Shown one piece after another: positions 16,501 through 26,908 of a stretch of 64,000 nt of DNA; within the stretch, counting starts at the first letter, position 1, and every line of letters begins with the position of its first letter. The DNA comes from Spirochaetota bacterium. Its GTDB lineage: Bacteria > Spirochaetota > Spirochaetia > Treponematales > UBA12059. The stretch is taken from assembly GCA_029560805.1 (NCBI GenBank), contig JAKQKE010000019.1, forward strand, positions 2,684 to 66,683, in the 5' to 3' direction. The notes beneath the pieces were generated by a model. The model was given only the letters and a program-made list of their open reading frames with translations, made no database searches and was not told the DNA's origin. Both the position numbers and the translations under genes were made by a program.

Positions 16501-17685
16501 GACGGCGCCTACCGCTACGTCGTGCGATCCGAGGACCCGGCCGGCAACAAGACCGAGAAAGCCATCCAGAGGATGGTCGTCGATACCAGGCAGACTCAGG
16601 CCTTCGTCACCGCCAGCGCAGCCGGCTTCAGCCCGAACGGCGACGGCATGTTCGACGAGATGTCCTTCGGCCTGGTCGTGAAGTTGACCGACGGCATCGA
16701 TTCCTGGAAGCTGGCCATGGTCGGCGATGACGGCGTCACGCGCCGCTCGTTCACGGGCAAGGGCGCGACCATTCCCGCCAAGCTGGCCTGGGACGGCAAG
16801 TCCGACGACGGTCAGCTCAGGCAGGGCGCCTATACCGCCGTCTTCACGGTCGATTACCTCAAGGGCGACCGCGCGCAGGCCTCCAGCGCGACATTCTCCC
16901 TCGATACCGAGGGGCCGAAGGTCGCCATGACGACCTCGCCCCGTTATTTCAGCCCCGATAACGATGGCGTCGACGACGAGCTCAGGATATCGCTCGCCGT
17001 CTCCGACGCCAGCGTGATCGACTCCTGGCGCTTCGACATCGTCGAGGTGGCCGTGAGCGAGAGCGCCGGCGCCAAGCGGGCGGAGCGCGTCTTCTTCTCG
17101 TGGAGCGGCCGCGGCAAGCCGGCCGAGCGCCTGGCCTGGGACGGCCGCTCGCAGAAGGGCGAGCTGGTCGAGGCCGCGACCGATTACCCGTACCGCTTGA
17201 CCATCGTCGACGAGCTGGGCAATCAGACGGTCTCCGAGGGGCTCATCTCCGTGGACGTCCTGGTCATCCGCGACGGCGACCGGCTCAAGATCAAGGTCCC
17301 GTCGATCGTGTTCAGGCCGGACTTCGCCGACTTCAAGGACCTGCCGCAGGAGACCCTCGACCGCAACGCCGAGGTGCTCAAGCGCATCGCCCAGATCCTC
17401 AACCGCTTCAAGGACTACAAGATCCGGGTGGAGGGCCACGCCAACTCGATCGCCAAGATGACCGGGGCAGGCCAGCCGGCGATCGACCGGGAGGAGACCA
17501 GGGAGCTCCTGCCGCTGTCGGAGAATCGGGCCGCGCTCGTGATGCAGAAGCTCATCGAGTACGGCGTCGACCCGAAACGCCTGTCGGTACGGGGGCTGGG
17601 CTCCTCCGAGCCGGTCGTGCCGTTCACCGACGCCGAGAACCGGTGGAAGAACCGCCGCGTCGAATTCATCCTGATCAAGGAATAG
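13579..17685 (+). CDS. Giant envelope protein: N-terminal domain, ~8 FlgD-Ig-like repeats and a C-terminal OmpA/MotB peptidoglycan-binding domain
   Basis: ATG at 13579 with SD AAGGAG 7 nt upstream; signal peptide MILRAKPLALIAIASLALSLAAA. Recurring FSP(D/N)GDGxKD...WDGxxDxGxxxPDGxY modules. C-terminus RVEGHANS...NRAALV...NRRVEFILIKE is OmpA-like. Confidence 0.85.
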   Translation: MILRAKPLALIAIASLALSLAAAYDPPSGAETAASLASPALLAGGYSAASTESPMADLANPAASAAQQRLTLDLSYGALVGLADDTGWGSALNLGIAVPRAYGVWTGYLGLLSSPFGSMPLGTVVTGRVGLAKDLYPDLLLGLAVDTRLGSNGGFGWGLAADLGVIGLAGDVGALKNLVWGASLRNMGKAFEAPGAVGLSGGLASAYDAPFTPQVGASADLIRADKAGLKLSANADLWLPTFQNAVFATGLRLGWRDRAFLRLGWDFNLREAIAGVDQGLLPSFGLGASFAIDRESDDSLLSKAGLDRSEIRPSFSAAELYGGVWAFSGGANVPVGVLDRVPPRITVSYPAVEHDAYYISPNSDGARDLLTLPLSITDQRYVQSFSLKVLDESGAVVKTMANKESRPENQDLKGLLGRLLYVKKGVDVPAELEWNGLTDSGAAAPDGRYFVVIEAVDDNGNVASTERWPVVIDTVPPSVKASGPAGDALIFSPDGDGSKDEFAIAQEGSVEDSWVAVVTDAAGATVRSWTTASAAPSALRWDGKNDSGKVVPDGVYSYRVAAVDRAGNQGSARIDNIIVNTQQPPVGVSIDLAAFSPDGDGVKDSLTLTPNVPVKAGLASWRLAVLDDKGVERWAASGVGADSIEPAYRFSGKDASGAALPEGTYRTRLSVSYVNGHGPVAHSPNFVIDVTPPAASVSVGRAAFNPLGDADATLTLSQAGSTEERWAGELLDASGAPVKTWIFIGKPDPTVIWDGSDDAGKVVPDGSYAYRLSATDKAGNSGSATGPAIVVDTQNKAVRLSLDRRAFSPNGDGVADTVAMVPESQSATAVQSWSLTVVDAADAKVRGYSGSGSLPARLSWDGRRDDGSKAPDGIYRAALEVRFVTAEVESARSVDLALDVTPPAIELSAAETLFSPNGDGRKDVLSIRQTSTPGDTWEGAILDSAGRVMRAWTWKDAAVDFDWDGADSEGNKVADGAYRYVVRSEDPAGNKTEKAIQRMVVDTRQTQAFVTASAAGFSPNGDGMFDEMSFGLVVKLTDGIDSWKLAMVGDDGVTRRSFTGKGATIPAKLAWDGKSDDGQLRQGAYTAVFTVDYLKGDRAQASSATFSLDTEGPKVAMTTSPRYFSPDNDGVDDELRISLAVSDASVIDSWRFDIVEVAVSESAGAKRAERVFFSWSGRGKPAERLAWDGRSQKGELVEAATDYPYRLTIVDELGNQTVSEGLISVDVLVIRDGDRLKIKVPSIVFRPDFADFKDLPQETLDRNAEVLKRIAQILNRFKDYKIRVEGHANSIAKMTGAGQPAIDREETRELLPLSENRAALVMQKLIEYGVDPKRLSVRGLGSSEPVVPFTDAENRWKNRRVEFILIKE
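14600..17260 (+). repeat. Intragenic array of ~8 divergent Ig-like domain repeats (~100-110 codons each); boundaries approximate
   Basis: Anchor motifs occur in order: ISPNSDGARD, FSPDGDGSKD, FSPDGDGVKD, FNPLGDADA, FSPNGDGVAD, FSPNGDGRKD, FSPNGDGMFD, FSPDNDGVDD. Each is followed by a W(D/N)G...PDG(x)Y motif. Confidence 0.75.
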
Positions 17686-17688
17686 AGC

Positions 17689-17925
17689 ATGCCGTACGAG
17701 GGAGTCCTGGCCATCGTGTCCATCTTCATAGTGGCGCCGTGCATCGTGTTCGGCTTCATCCTGCTCGCCAAGCGCGGCCGCAATCGGGTGGACCTGGCCC
17801 GTTGCGCTGTCCGCGAGAAGGAGCTCGAGCTGGAGCGCGAGCGCCTGCGCCTCGAGGCCCTGCAGCTCGAGAACCGCAAGCTCGACCTGATGATCGAGCA
17901 TCGGATCGACTCCCTCAAACCCTAG
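17689..17925 (+). CDS. Small single-pass membrane protein with cytoplasmic coiled-coil
   Basis: 78 aa, starting 4 nt after the OmpA-gene stop. TM segment LAIVSIFIVAPCIVFGFILLA, then REKELELERERLRLEALQLENRKLDLMIE. Confidence 0.5.
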   Translation: MPYEGVLAIVSIFIVAPCIVFGFILLAKRGRNRVDLARCAVREKELELERERLRLEALQLENRKLDLMIEHRIDSLKP

Positions 17926-18020
17926 CCGGGGCGATCGCCTCATCAAGGCCCGGGACGCGCGTTCATCGCGGCCCGGGCCTTTCCTTGATTCTATCGGGAA
18001 TTTTGCATATAGTCGTAGGC

Positions 18021-18917
18021 ATGCCAATACCAGAATACCCTGAATTCGCCCCGGTGACCGTCGACATGCGCGACGACCTCTACCCGGCCCTCAACCTGCT
18101 AGCGGACGGCGTGTCGGAGTTCACCTTCTCCGGCCTCTACCTGTTCCGGGACACCTACAAGTACACCGCGTCGCATATCAGCGGCTCCACCTACGTAATC
18201 TCCGGCGAGAAGCGCGGGGAGCGCTTCTTCTTCACGCCGTGCTGCATCCCGCCGAACGCCACGCTCGAGCGCCTGTTCGAGGATCACTGCTACCTCAAGA
18301 ACATGTCCGAGAGCCAGTGCAAGGCCGAGCGCATCCGCCTCGAGGCCGCCGGCTACGAGGTCCACGAGGACCGCGACAACTTCGACTACCTGTACGACCG
18401 TAAGGATCTCGCCGAGCTGTCGGGCAAGGCGTACCATAAGAAGCGCAACCTGGTGAACGCCTTCCTGAACTCGTACTCGTACGAGCAGAAGGAGCTCGAC
18501 GCCTCGAACGTCGCCGACGCTATCCGCGTCCTGGACGCGTGGCGGGTCGAGAAAGGCATAGACGGCGACTATGCGGCCGCCAGGGAAGCGCTCGAGCTGT
18601 ACGAACGCCTGGGCATGCGCGGCGCGGTCTACTACGTCGACGGCAAGCCGGCCGGCTACGCGCTCGGCGAGCCTATCGCCAAGGCCCGCATGTTCGCCGT
18701 GCACTTCGAGAAGGCGACCGGCGACTATAAGGGCATCTACCAGTTCATCAACCAGGCCTTCGCCCAGGCCCTGCCGCCCTACTTCAGGCAGGTCAACCGC
18801 GAACAGGACCTCGGCGACGAGGGGCTCAGGCAGGCCAAGATGACCTACCGCCCCAGCGGCTTCGTGCGCAAGTACCGCGTCATGCCGACGAAGCCGTCCT
18901 TCCTGCCCGAGGCTTAG
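18021..18917 (+). CDS. DUF2156 domain protein (MprF C-terminal / aminoacyl-lipid synthase-like GNAT fold)
   Basis: The in-frame ATG at 18021 gives 298 aa. FDYLYDRKDLAELSGKAYHKKRNLVNAF and the following region match my recollection of the DUF2156 family signature. The upstream part of ORF 17100-18917 overlaps the OmpA gene and was discarded. Confidence 0.6.
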   Translation: MPIPEYPEFAPVTVDMRDDLYPALNLLADGVSEFTFSGLYLFRDTYKYTASHISGSTYVISGEKRGERFFFTPCCIPPNATLERLFEDHCYLKNMSESQCKAERIRLEAAGYEVHEDRDNFDYLYDRKDLAELSGKAYHKKRNLVNAFLNSYSYEQKELDASNVADAIRVLDAWRVEKGIDGDYAAAREALELYERLGMRGAVYYVDGKPAGYALGEPIAKARMFAVHFEKATGDYKGIYQFINQAFAQALPPYFRQVNREQDLGDEGLRQAKMTYRPSGFVRKYRVMPTKPSFLPEA

Positions 18918-18920
18918 GCG

Positions 18921-19997
18921 ATGGGCGGGCGGATGAGCTTCGACGAGTTGACGACGACCGGCCTGTCGCGGGCCTTCTCGGCCCGTCGTGGCCTGCCTGA
19001 GGCGGCCGCGTCGACGCTAGGAGTCCGGGACTCGGACGGGCTGGCGCTCGAGCTCGCTGGGCGGACCTGTTGCCTGACCATGCTCGCCGGCTCGGGCTCG
19101 CGCTGGGTAGCCTCGCTGGAGGCGGCCAGGGCGGCCGGCCGGGATATGGGCGCCGATCCCAGAGCGCCGCGCGGCCTCTATCCCGTCCGTAACGCCATGC
19201 CCTTCGGGCCGGACCCGGCGCCGATCGCCTCGTACGCGCTCGCGGCCGTACGCGACCTCGGCCACCACGTCATCGTCGTGCGGGGCTGGGAGCGCGAGAT
19301 CGAGGAGCGCATCCTCGGGCCGTTCGGCTTCGCGCCAGGCTCGTATCGCTTCGCGACCCAGGGCGCCCCCGGCGGTAAGCCGCGCGGCCATGGCGACGCC
19401 GCGTTCCAGACGCTCGGCCTATGGTCCGGCTACGACTACGTGACGGTGAACTTCGGCGGCGACGCCTCGAGCCCGTTGACCGCCTTGGCCTCGCTCGCCG
19501 CGATGGCCGCGCTGGAGCGCGAACTCGGCGACCGGGCCCCGGGGCTCCTCCTGCCGGCGGCCCTCGTCGACTCGCCGGCCTACCCGATAGGCCTAGGGCC
19601 CGGCGGCCTACCGGCGAGCTTCGGGCACGCCAAGCTGCGGGGGGGCGCCGCGAAAGCGGGCGGGGCGGTCGAAAGCGGCGCCGCCGGCTACACCAACGTC
19701 GGCCTGCGCGTCTACCGCGCCGAGGCGCTACGCGAGGCCATCGAGTCGATACGGGAACGCTACTGGAGCCCGGACGGGGGCTACGCGATACCGGGCAACG
19801 CTCCTGCCTCGGACGACCTGGGCGGCGAGTTCGCCCTGGACAACGTCGACGCGCTACTCGCGGCCGAGGGGCGCGCGCGCCTCCTTCCCATTGCCAAACC
19901 CGAGGAGCTGTCGCCGGTCAAGAGCCTCGACGATCTGCCGCGCTTCGAGCGGGACGTCGGCTCGGTGTGTCGAGACTGGTCCGGGCCCGGCCGCTGA
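18921..19997 (+). CDS. Putative UDPGP-family nucleotidyltransferase (sugar-1-phosphate uridylyltransferase-like)
   Basis: 358 aa, starting 3 nt after the DUF2156 stop. The glycine loop LTMLAGSGSRW and KPRGHGDA resemble the LxGGxGT and PxGHGD motifs of UDPGP enzymes. Confidence 0.4.
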   Translation: MGGRMSFDELTTTGLSRAFSARRGLPEAAASTLGVRDSDGLALELAGRTCCLTMLAGSGSRWVASLEAARAAGRDMGADPRAPRGLYPVRNAMPFGPDPAPIASYALAAVRDLGHHVIVVRGWEREIEERILGPFGFAPGSYRFATQGAPGGKPRGHGDAAFQTLGLWSGYDYVTVNFGGDASSPLTALASLAAMAALERELGDRAPGLLLPAALVDSPAYPIGLGPGGLPASFGHAKLRGGAAKAGGAVESGAAGYTNVGLRVYRAEALREAIESIRERYWSPDGGYAIPGNAPASDDLGGEFALDNVDALLAAEGRARLLPIAKPEELSPVKSLDDLPRFERDVGSVCRDWSGPGR

Positions 19998-19998
19998 C

Positions 19999-22047
19999 CT
20001 AGTCGAACAGCGGCAGCGGCTTGGAGAAGTGGTAACCCTGGCCGTAGTCGACGCCCAGCTCCACCAGCTTGTCCTTGATCGCCGGGCCCTTGACGAATTC
20101 GGCTATCGTCTTGAGGCCCATCACGTGGCCGATCGAGTTGATCGATTCGACCATCGTGTAACTGACCGGGCTCTCGTCGATGTTCTGCACGAACGAGCCG
20201 TCGATCTTGATGTAGTCGACGGGTAGCGTACGTAGGTAGCCGAAGGACGAGAAACCGGCGCCGAAGTCGTCGAGGGCGAAGGTGAAGCCCTCGACCTTGA
20301 GGCGGTTCATGAAGCGCGTCGCGTAGGACAGGTTCTGGATCGCCGCGGTCTCGGTAATCTCGAAGCAGAAATCGCTGGCCTTGAGCGAGTACTTGTTCAG
20401 ATAGTACAGGATGGTGTCGATCAGCGCGTCGTCGAGCAGCGCCGGGCCCGAGAGGTTGATCGAGAAGATCCGGTCGGCCAGCGGCGACCCCTGGTCGGAC
20501 AATAGCCTGAACGCCCGCATCGAGTTCTCGAGCACCCAGCGGTCGACCTGAGGCATCAGGTTGTAGCGCTCGGCCGCCGGGATGAAGTCGGTAGGCCCGG
20601 AGATGCTGCCGTCCTCGTTGACCAGGCGCAGTAGTATCTCGATCTTCGGCTCGGCGCCCGCGCCGAGCGGCTCGATGGGCTGGTAGTAGAGCAGGAAGCG
20701 GTTCTCCTCGACGGCCCGGTTGATCTTGCCGATCCACTCCATGTCGCCGCGCCGCCGCTTGAACTTGCTGTCCTGGGCGCTGAAGATCGTTATCTTGTTG
20801 CCGCCTTCCTCCTTGGAGATGTGGCAGGAATCGTCCGCGGCCGCGAGCACCGCGTGGATGTCGCCGGCGTCGCGGTCGATCGGCACGATGCCGATGCTCA
20901 GGGTGATGGGAAACGTGGTCGCCTGCCATTGGAAGCGCTGGCGCTGTACCGCGCCCTGGAGGCGGTTGCCCACGTTGATCGTGTCCTCGAGCTCGCAGTT
21001 CATCAGGATGATGGCGAACTCGTCGGCGCCTATGCGCGCCGAGAGGTCGTTGCGCTGGATATTGGTCTGGACGTGGCTGGCTATCTGCCTGAGGAGCTCG
21101 TCGCCGGCGAGGGTGCCGCAGGTGTCGTTGACCGCCTTGAAGCGGTCGATGTCCAGCACGAGCAGGGCGTGCGAGCCGCCGACCATCTTGACGTTCTTGA
21201 GTATCTCGCTGAGCTTGTAGCTGAATTCCTCGCGGTTCGAGAGGCCGGTCAGGCTGTCGTGGCTCGACTGGTAGTTGAGCGAGTCCGATAGGCGCCTGAG
21301 CTCGGTGATGTCGCGCATCGTGATGAGGTAGCCGTCGGTCGAGTTGGCCTGCTCGTGGATCTTCGTGATCGCCCCGTCGAGCACCACGGTCTGGCCCGCC
21401 AGGTTCCTGAGCGACACGTCGGTGAAGAAGGTGGAGCGCTTGCCGACGTTGATCATGCCGGTGAGCATGTCGCTCTTCGTCGCCGGGTCGAGGATCGATA
21501 GGATGGTGCCGACGTGCTTGCCCTTGGCCTCGCGCTCGCTCGTCCCGACGATATCCTCGGCCACCTGGTTCATGAAGCTGACGTTCAGGTCGGTGTCCAG
21601 GGCGACGATGCCGTCGTTGATGGACTGCAGGATGGCGCTGAACAAGCGCTCTTGGCGGGTCAGCCGACTGGCCATCTCGTGCTTATAGAGGGCTATGTCT
21701 ATCGTCGTATAGAGCTCGCGCTCCTTGAACGGCTTCAGGATATAGCCGTACGGCTCCACTTCCTTGGCGCGCTCGAGCGTCCTCTCGTCGGTGTAGGCGG
21801 TCAGGAAGATGATCGGGATATCCTTGGACGCCTTGACGGCCTTGGCGGCCTCGACGCCGTCCATGTCGCCGGCCAGCATTATGTCCATCAGAATGATGTC
21901 GGGGGTGAGCTCGAGCGCCATCGCGACGGCTTCGGTCCCTTCGCCGGCCATTCCGACGACGTCGTATCCGAAGCGCTCCAGCCTGCGCTGGAGGTCTATC
22001 GCGATGATCTTCTCGTCCTCGACTATCATGATGCGTTCGTTATTCAT
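19999..22047 (-). CDS. Response regulator with REC-PAS-GGDEF(degenerate)-EAL architecture (c-di-GMP phosphodiesterase type)
   Basis: 682 aa. REC domain (MIVEDEKII...ILMDIMLAGDMDG); GGDEF domain with the A-site changed to RIGADEF; EAL domain with EILLR, EITE, DDFGAGFSS, KIDG and QGY motifs intact. Confidence 0.85.
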   Translation of the reverse strand: MNNERIMIVEDEKIIAIDLQRRLERFGYDVVGMAGEGTEAVAMALELTPDIILMDIMLAGDMDGVEAAKAVKASKDIPIIFLTAYTDERTLERAKEVEPYGYILKPFKERELYTTIDIALYKHEMASRLTRQERLFSAILQSINDGIVALDTDLNVSFMNQVAEDIVGTSEREAKGKHVGTILSILDPATKSDMLTGMINVGKRSTFFTDVSLRNLAGQTVVLDGAITKIHEQANSTDGYLITMRDITELRRLSDSLNYQSSHDSLTGLSNREEFSYKLSEILKNVKMVGGSHALLVLDIDRFKAVNDTCGTLAGDELLRQIASHVQTNIQRNDLSARIGADEFAIILMNCELEDTINVGNRLQGAVQRQRFQWQATTFPITLSIGIVPIDRDAGDIHAVLAAADDSCHISKEEGGNKITIFSAQDSKFKRRRGDMEWIGKINRAVEENRFLLYYQPIEPLGAGAEPKIEILLRLVNEDGSISGPTDFIPAAERYNLMPQVDRWVLENSMRAFRLLSDQGSPLADRIFSINLSGPALLDDALIDTILYYLNKYSLKASDFCFEITETAAIQNLSYATRFMNRLKVEGFTFALDDFGAGFSSFGYLRTLPVDYIKIDGSFVQNIDESPVSYTMVESINSIGHVMGLKTIAEFVKGPAIKDKLVELGVDYGQGYHFSKPLPLFD

Positions 22048-22124
22048 CGACTCGTCTCCACGAAGCGTCGAAGCGCGCGTAATGAGTCAAGTATACGCTA
22101 TCTATCGTATAAAGCGAGCGCATA

Positions 22125-22640
22125 TTATCCTAAAAACGCCCGCGTCGCGGCGCCGATGACGCCCGAGCCGAGGATGATCCACAGCGGGTTGATCCTGGTG
22201 AAGGCCGAGACGGCGAAGGCCGTCAGCGCTATGGCGACGTTCAGCCCTGACGAGACGGCCGCCGGCGCGAAGGCCCAGACCGTCATCGCGATCAGGCCTA
22301 TGGTACCCGTCTTGAGCGCCTCGGTCAGCCTGGCGCCGCTCTTGGTCGCCTTGGCGAAGAAGCCGCCGATGAGCAGGGACAGGGCGACCGGGGCCGCGAC
22401 GACCGCCAGCGTGGAGACCGCGGCGCCGAGCAGCCCGTGCAGCCTGTAGCCGACGAGGGTCGCCGCGTTGAGGGCCACCGGCCCCGGGGTGATCTGCGCC
22501 ATCGCGACGAGCTTCGCGAATTCCTCGGCGCTCATCCAGGCCCGCCCGACGATCTCGGTCCGGATTATGCCGACGATGGTCCAGCCGCCGCCGTAGGCCG
22601 CGACGCCTATCTTGAGGAATACGAGCGCCAGCCTCAGCAT
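22125..22640 (-). CDS. Chromate transporter family protein (short-chain CHR, second of a pair)
   Basis: 171 aa, multi-TM; FLKIGVAAYGGGWTIVG...FAKLVAMAQITPGP is typical of the CHR family. It overlaps the partner gene by 7 nt. Confidence 0.75.
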   Translation of the reverse strand: MLRLALVFLKIGVAAYGGGWTIVGIIRTEIVGRAWMSAEEFAKLVAMAQITPGPVALNAATLVGYRLHGLLGAAVSTLAVVAAPVALSLLIGGFFAKATKSGARLTEALKTGTIGLIAMTVWAFAPAAVSSGLNVAIALTAFAVSAFTRINPLWIILGSGVIGAATRAFLG

Positions 22641-23194
22641 GCGCCCTTCCTTTCGGCGAAGGCGGACACGGCGACGACGGCGAAGAAGGTCGGTACCGCC
22701 CAGGTGCCCGCGAGCGTTATCGCGACGGCCGACGCCACGGTCATGACAGCCCTGAGCGGCGTCCAGCGGCGCTTCCGTATCATGTTGAACGCGAGCGCGG
22801 CGGTCAGGCCGGGAACGACCGCGAAGGCCCCGTCCAGGAAGCCCTGGACGACGGGCCAGTCCCCGATAGCGCCGAGCAGGGCCGCGAGCAGCAGTATGGC
22901 CGCGAACGGCGGCAGCAGTATGCCGAGGAAGGCGGCCAGGAAGCCGGGCAGCCCGGCGACCCTGCGCCCCGCGAACATCGCGGTGTTCAGCGCCAGGGGA
23001 CCGGGTACGCTCTGGGCGGTCGCGAACAGGTCGTAGAACTCGTCCTCCGGTAGCCAGCCGCGCTTCTCGAGGGCTCGCTGGATGACCGGCACCATGACGT
23101 AGCCGCCGCCTATGGTAATGGCCGAGATACCGAAGAAGAAGCCGAAGATGGAGAAGAAGCCCGGTCGCTTGACCGGCGGTGAGGTGTCGTTCAC
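22634..23194 (-). CDS. Chromate transporter family protein (short-chain CHR, first of a pair)
   Basis: 186 aa; FFFGISAITIGGGYVMVPV...FATAQSVPGPLALN. GTG start with GAAAGG upstream. Confidence 0.75.
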   Translation of the reverse strand: MNDTSPPVKRPGFFSIFGFFFGISAITIGGGYVMVPVIQRALEKRGWLPEDEFYDLFATAQSVPGPLALNTAMFAGRRVAGLPGFLAAFLGILLPPFAAILLLAALLGAIGDWPVVQGFLDGAFAVVPGLTAALAFNMIRKRRWTPLRAVMTVASAVAITLAGTWAVPTFFAVVAVSAFAERKGAC

Positions 23195-23256
23195 GGGCGT
23201 ACCTTTCGCGCGGCGGCTGGCGCCGTGCCTAGGCTCAATTTATTGCTATGTTTTAG

Positions 23257-23360
23257 TGCACGAAGAACGGCACGCTGGATGCGGGGCCGTGTTGGGTACA
23301 GACATCGGGCTGGATGCGCGGCGTAACGAAGGTGTAGTGCCGCGTGCCATTCTTCGTTCC
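23257..23360 (-). promoter_or_regulatory. Candidate structured 5' leader upstream of the split chrA pair
   Basis: TGCACGAAGAACGGCACGC (23257-23275) pairs with GCGTGCCATTCTTCGTTC (23342-23359), one mismatch. The stem encloses ~66 nt containing two direct GCTGGATGCG repeats. An AT-rich promoter-like tract lies at 23381-23432. Confidence 0.3.
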
Positions 23361-23432
23361 AGCAGTATGGCAGACAATCCATTCTTAGTCTAGTATTTTT
23401 TTGATTATTTGGAGCAACTAGATAAAAAAACA

Positions 23433-26906
<3,474 letters not shown>

Positions 26907-26908
26907 GC

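Noticed and set aside
14600-17260. Regular ~300-330-bp periodicity, which could suggest a repeat array or CRISPR-like structure.
   Set aside because: The periodicity is at the protein-domain level (Ig-like modules) within one continuous ORF. The DNA copies are divergent and there is no short-repeat/spacer organisation.
17100-18020. N-terminal 307 codons of ORF 17100-18917.
   Set aside because: This part overlaps the OmpA gene and the small TM gene in another frame and is Arg/Gly/Pro-rich. The DUF2156 homology begins at the ATG at 18021.
15976-18027. 683-aa minus-strand ORF antisense to the OmpA/FlgD-Ig gene. Similar long shadow ORFs lie at 14887-15624, 42437-44116, 45524-47158, 57678-59075, 58934-60445, 36120-38015, 19781-20929 and 60300-61028.
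   Set aside because: They are Arg/Gly/Ala/Pro/Asp-rich with no recognisable motifs. They lie exactly antisense or out of frame to genes with clear family signatures. Long stop-free alternative frames are expected in GC-rich DNA.
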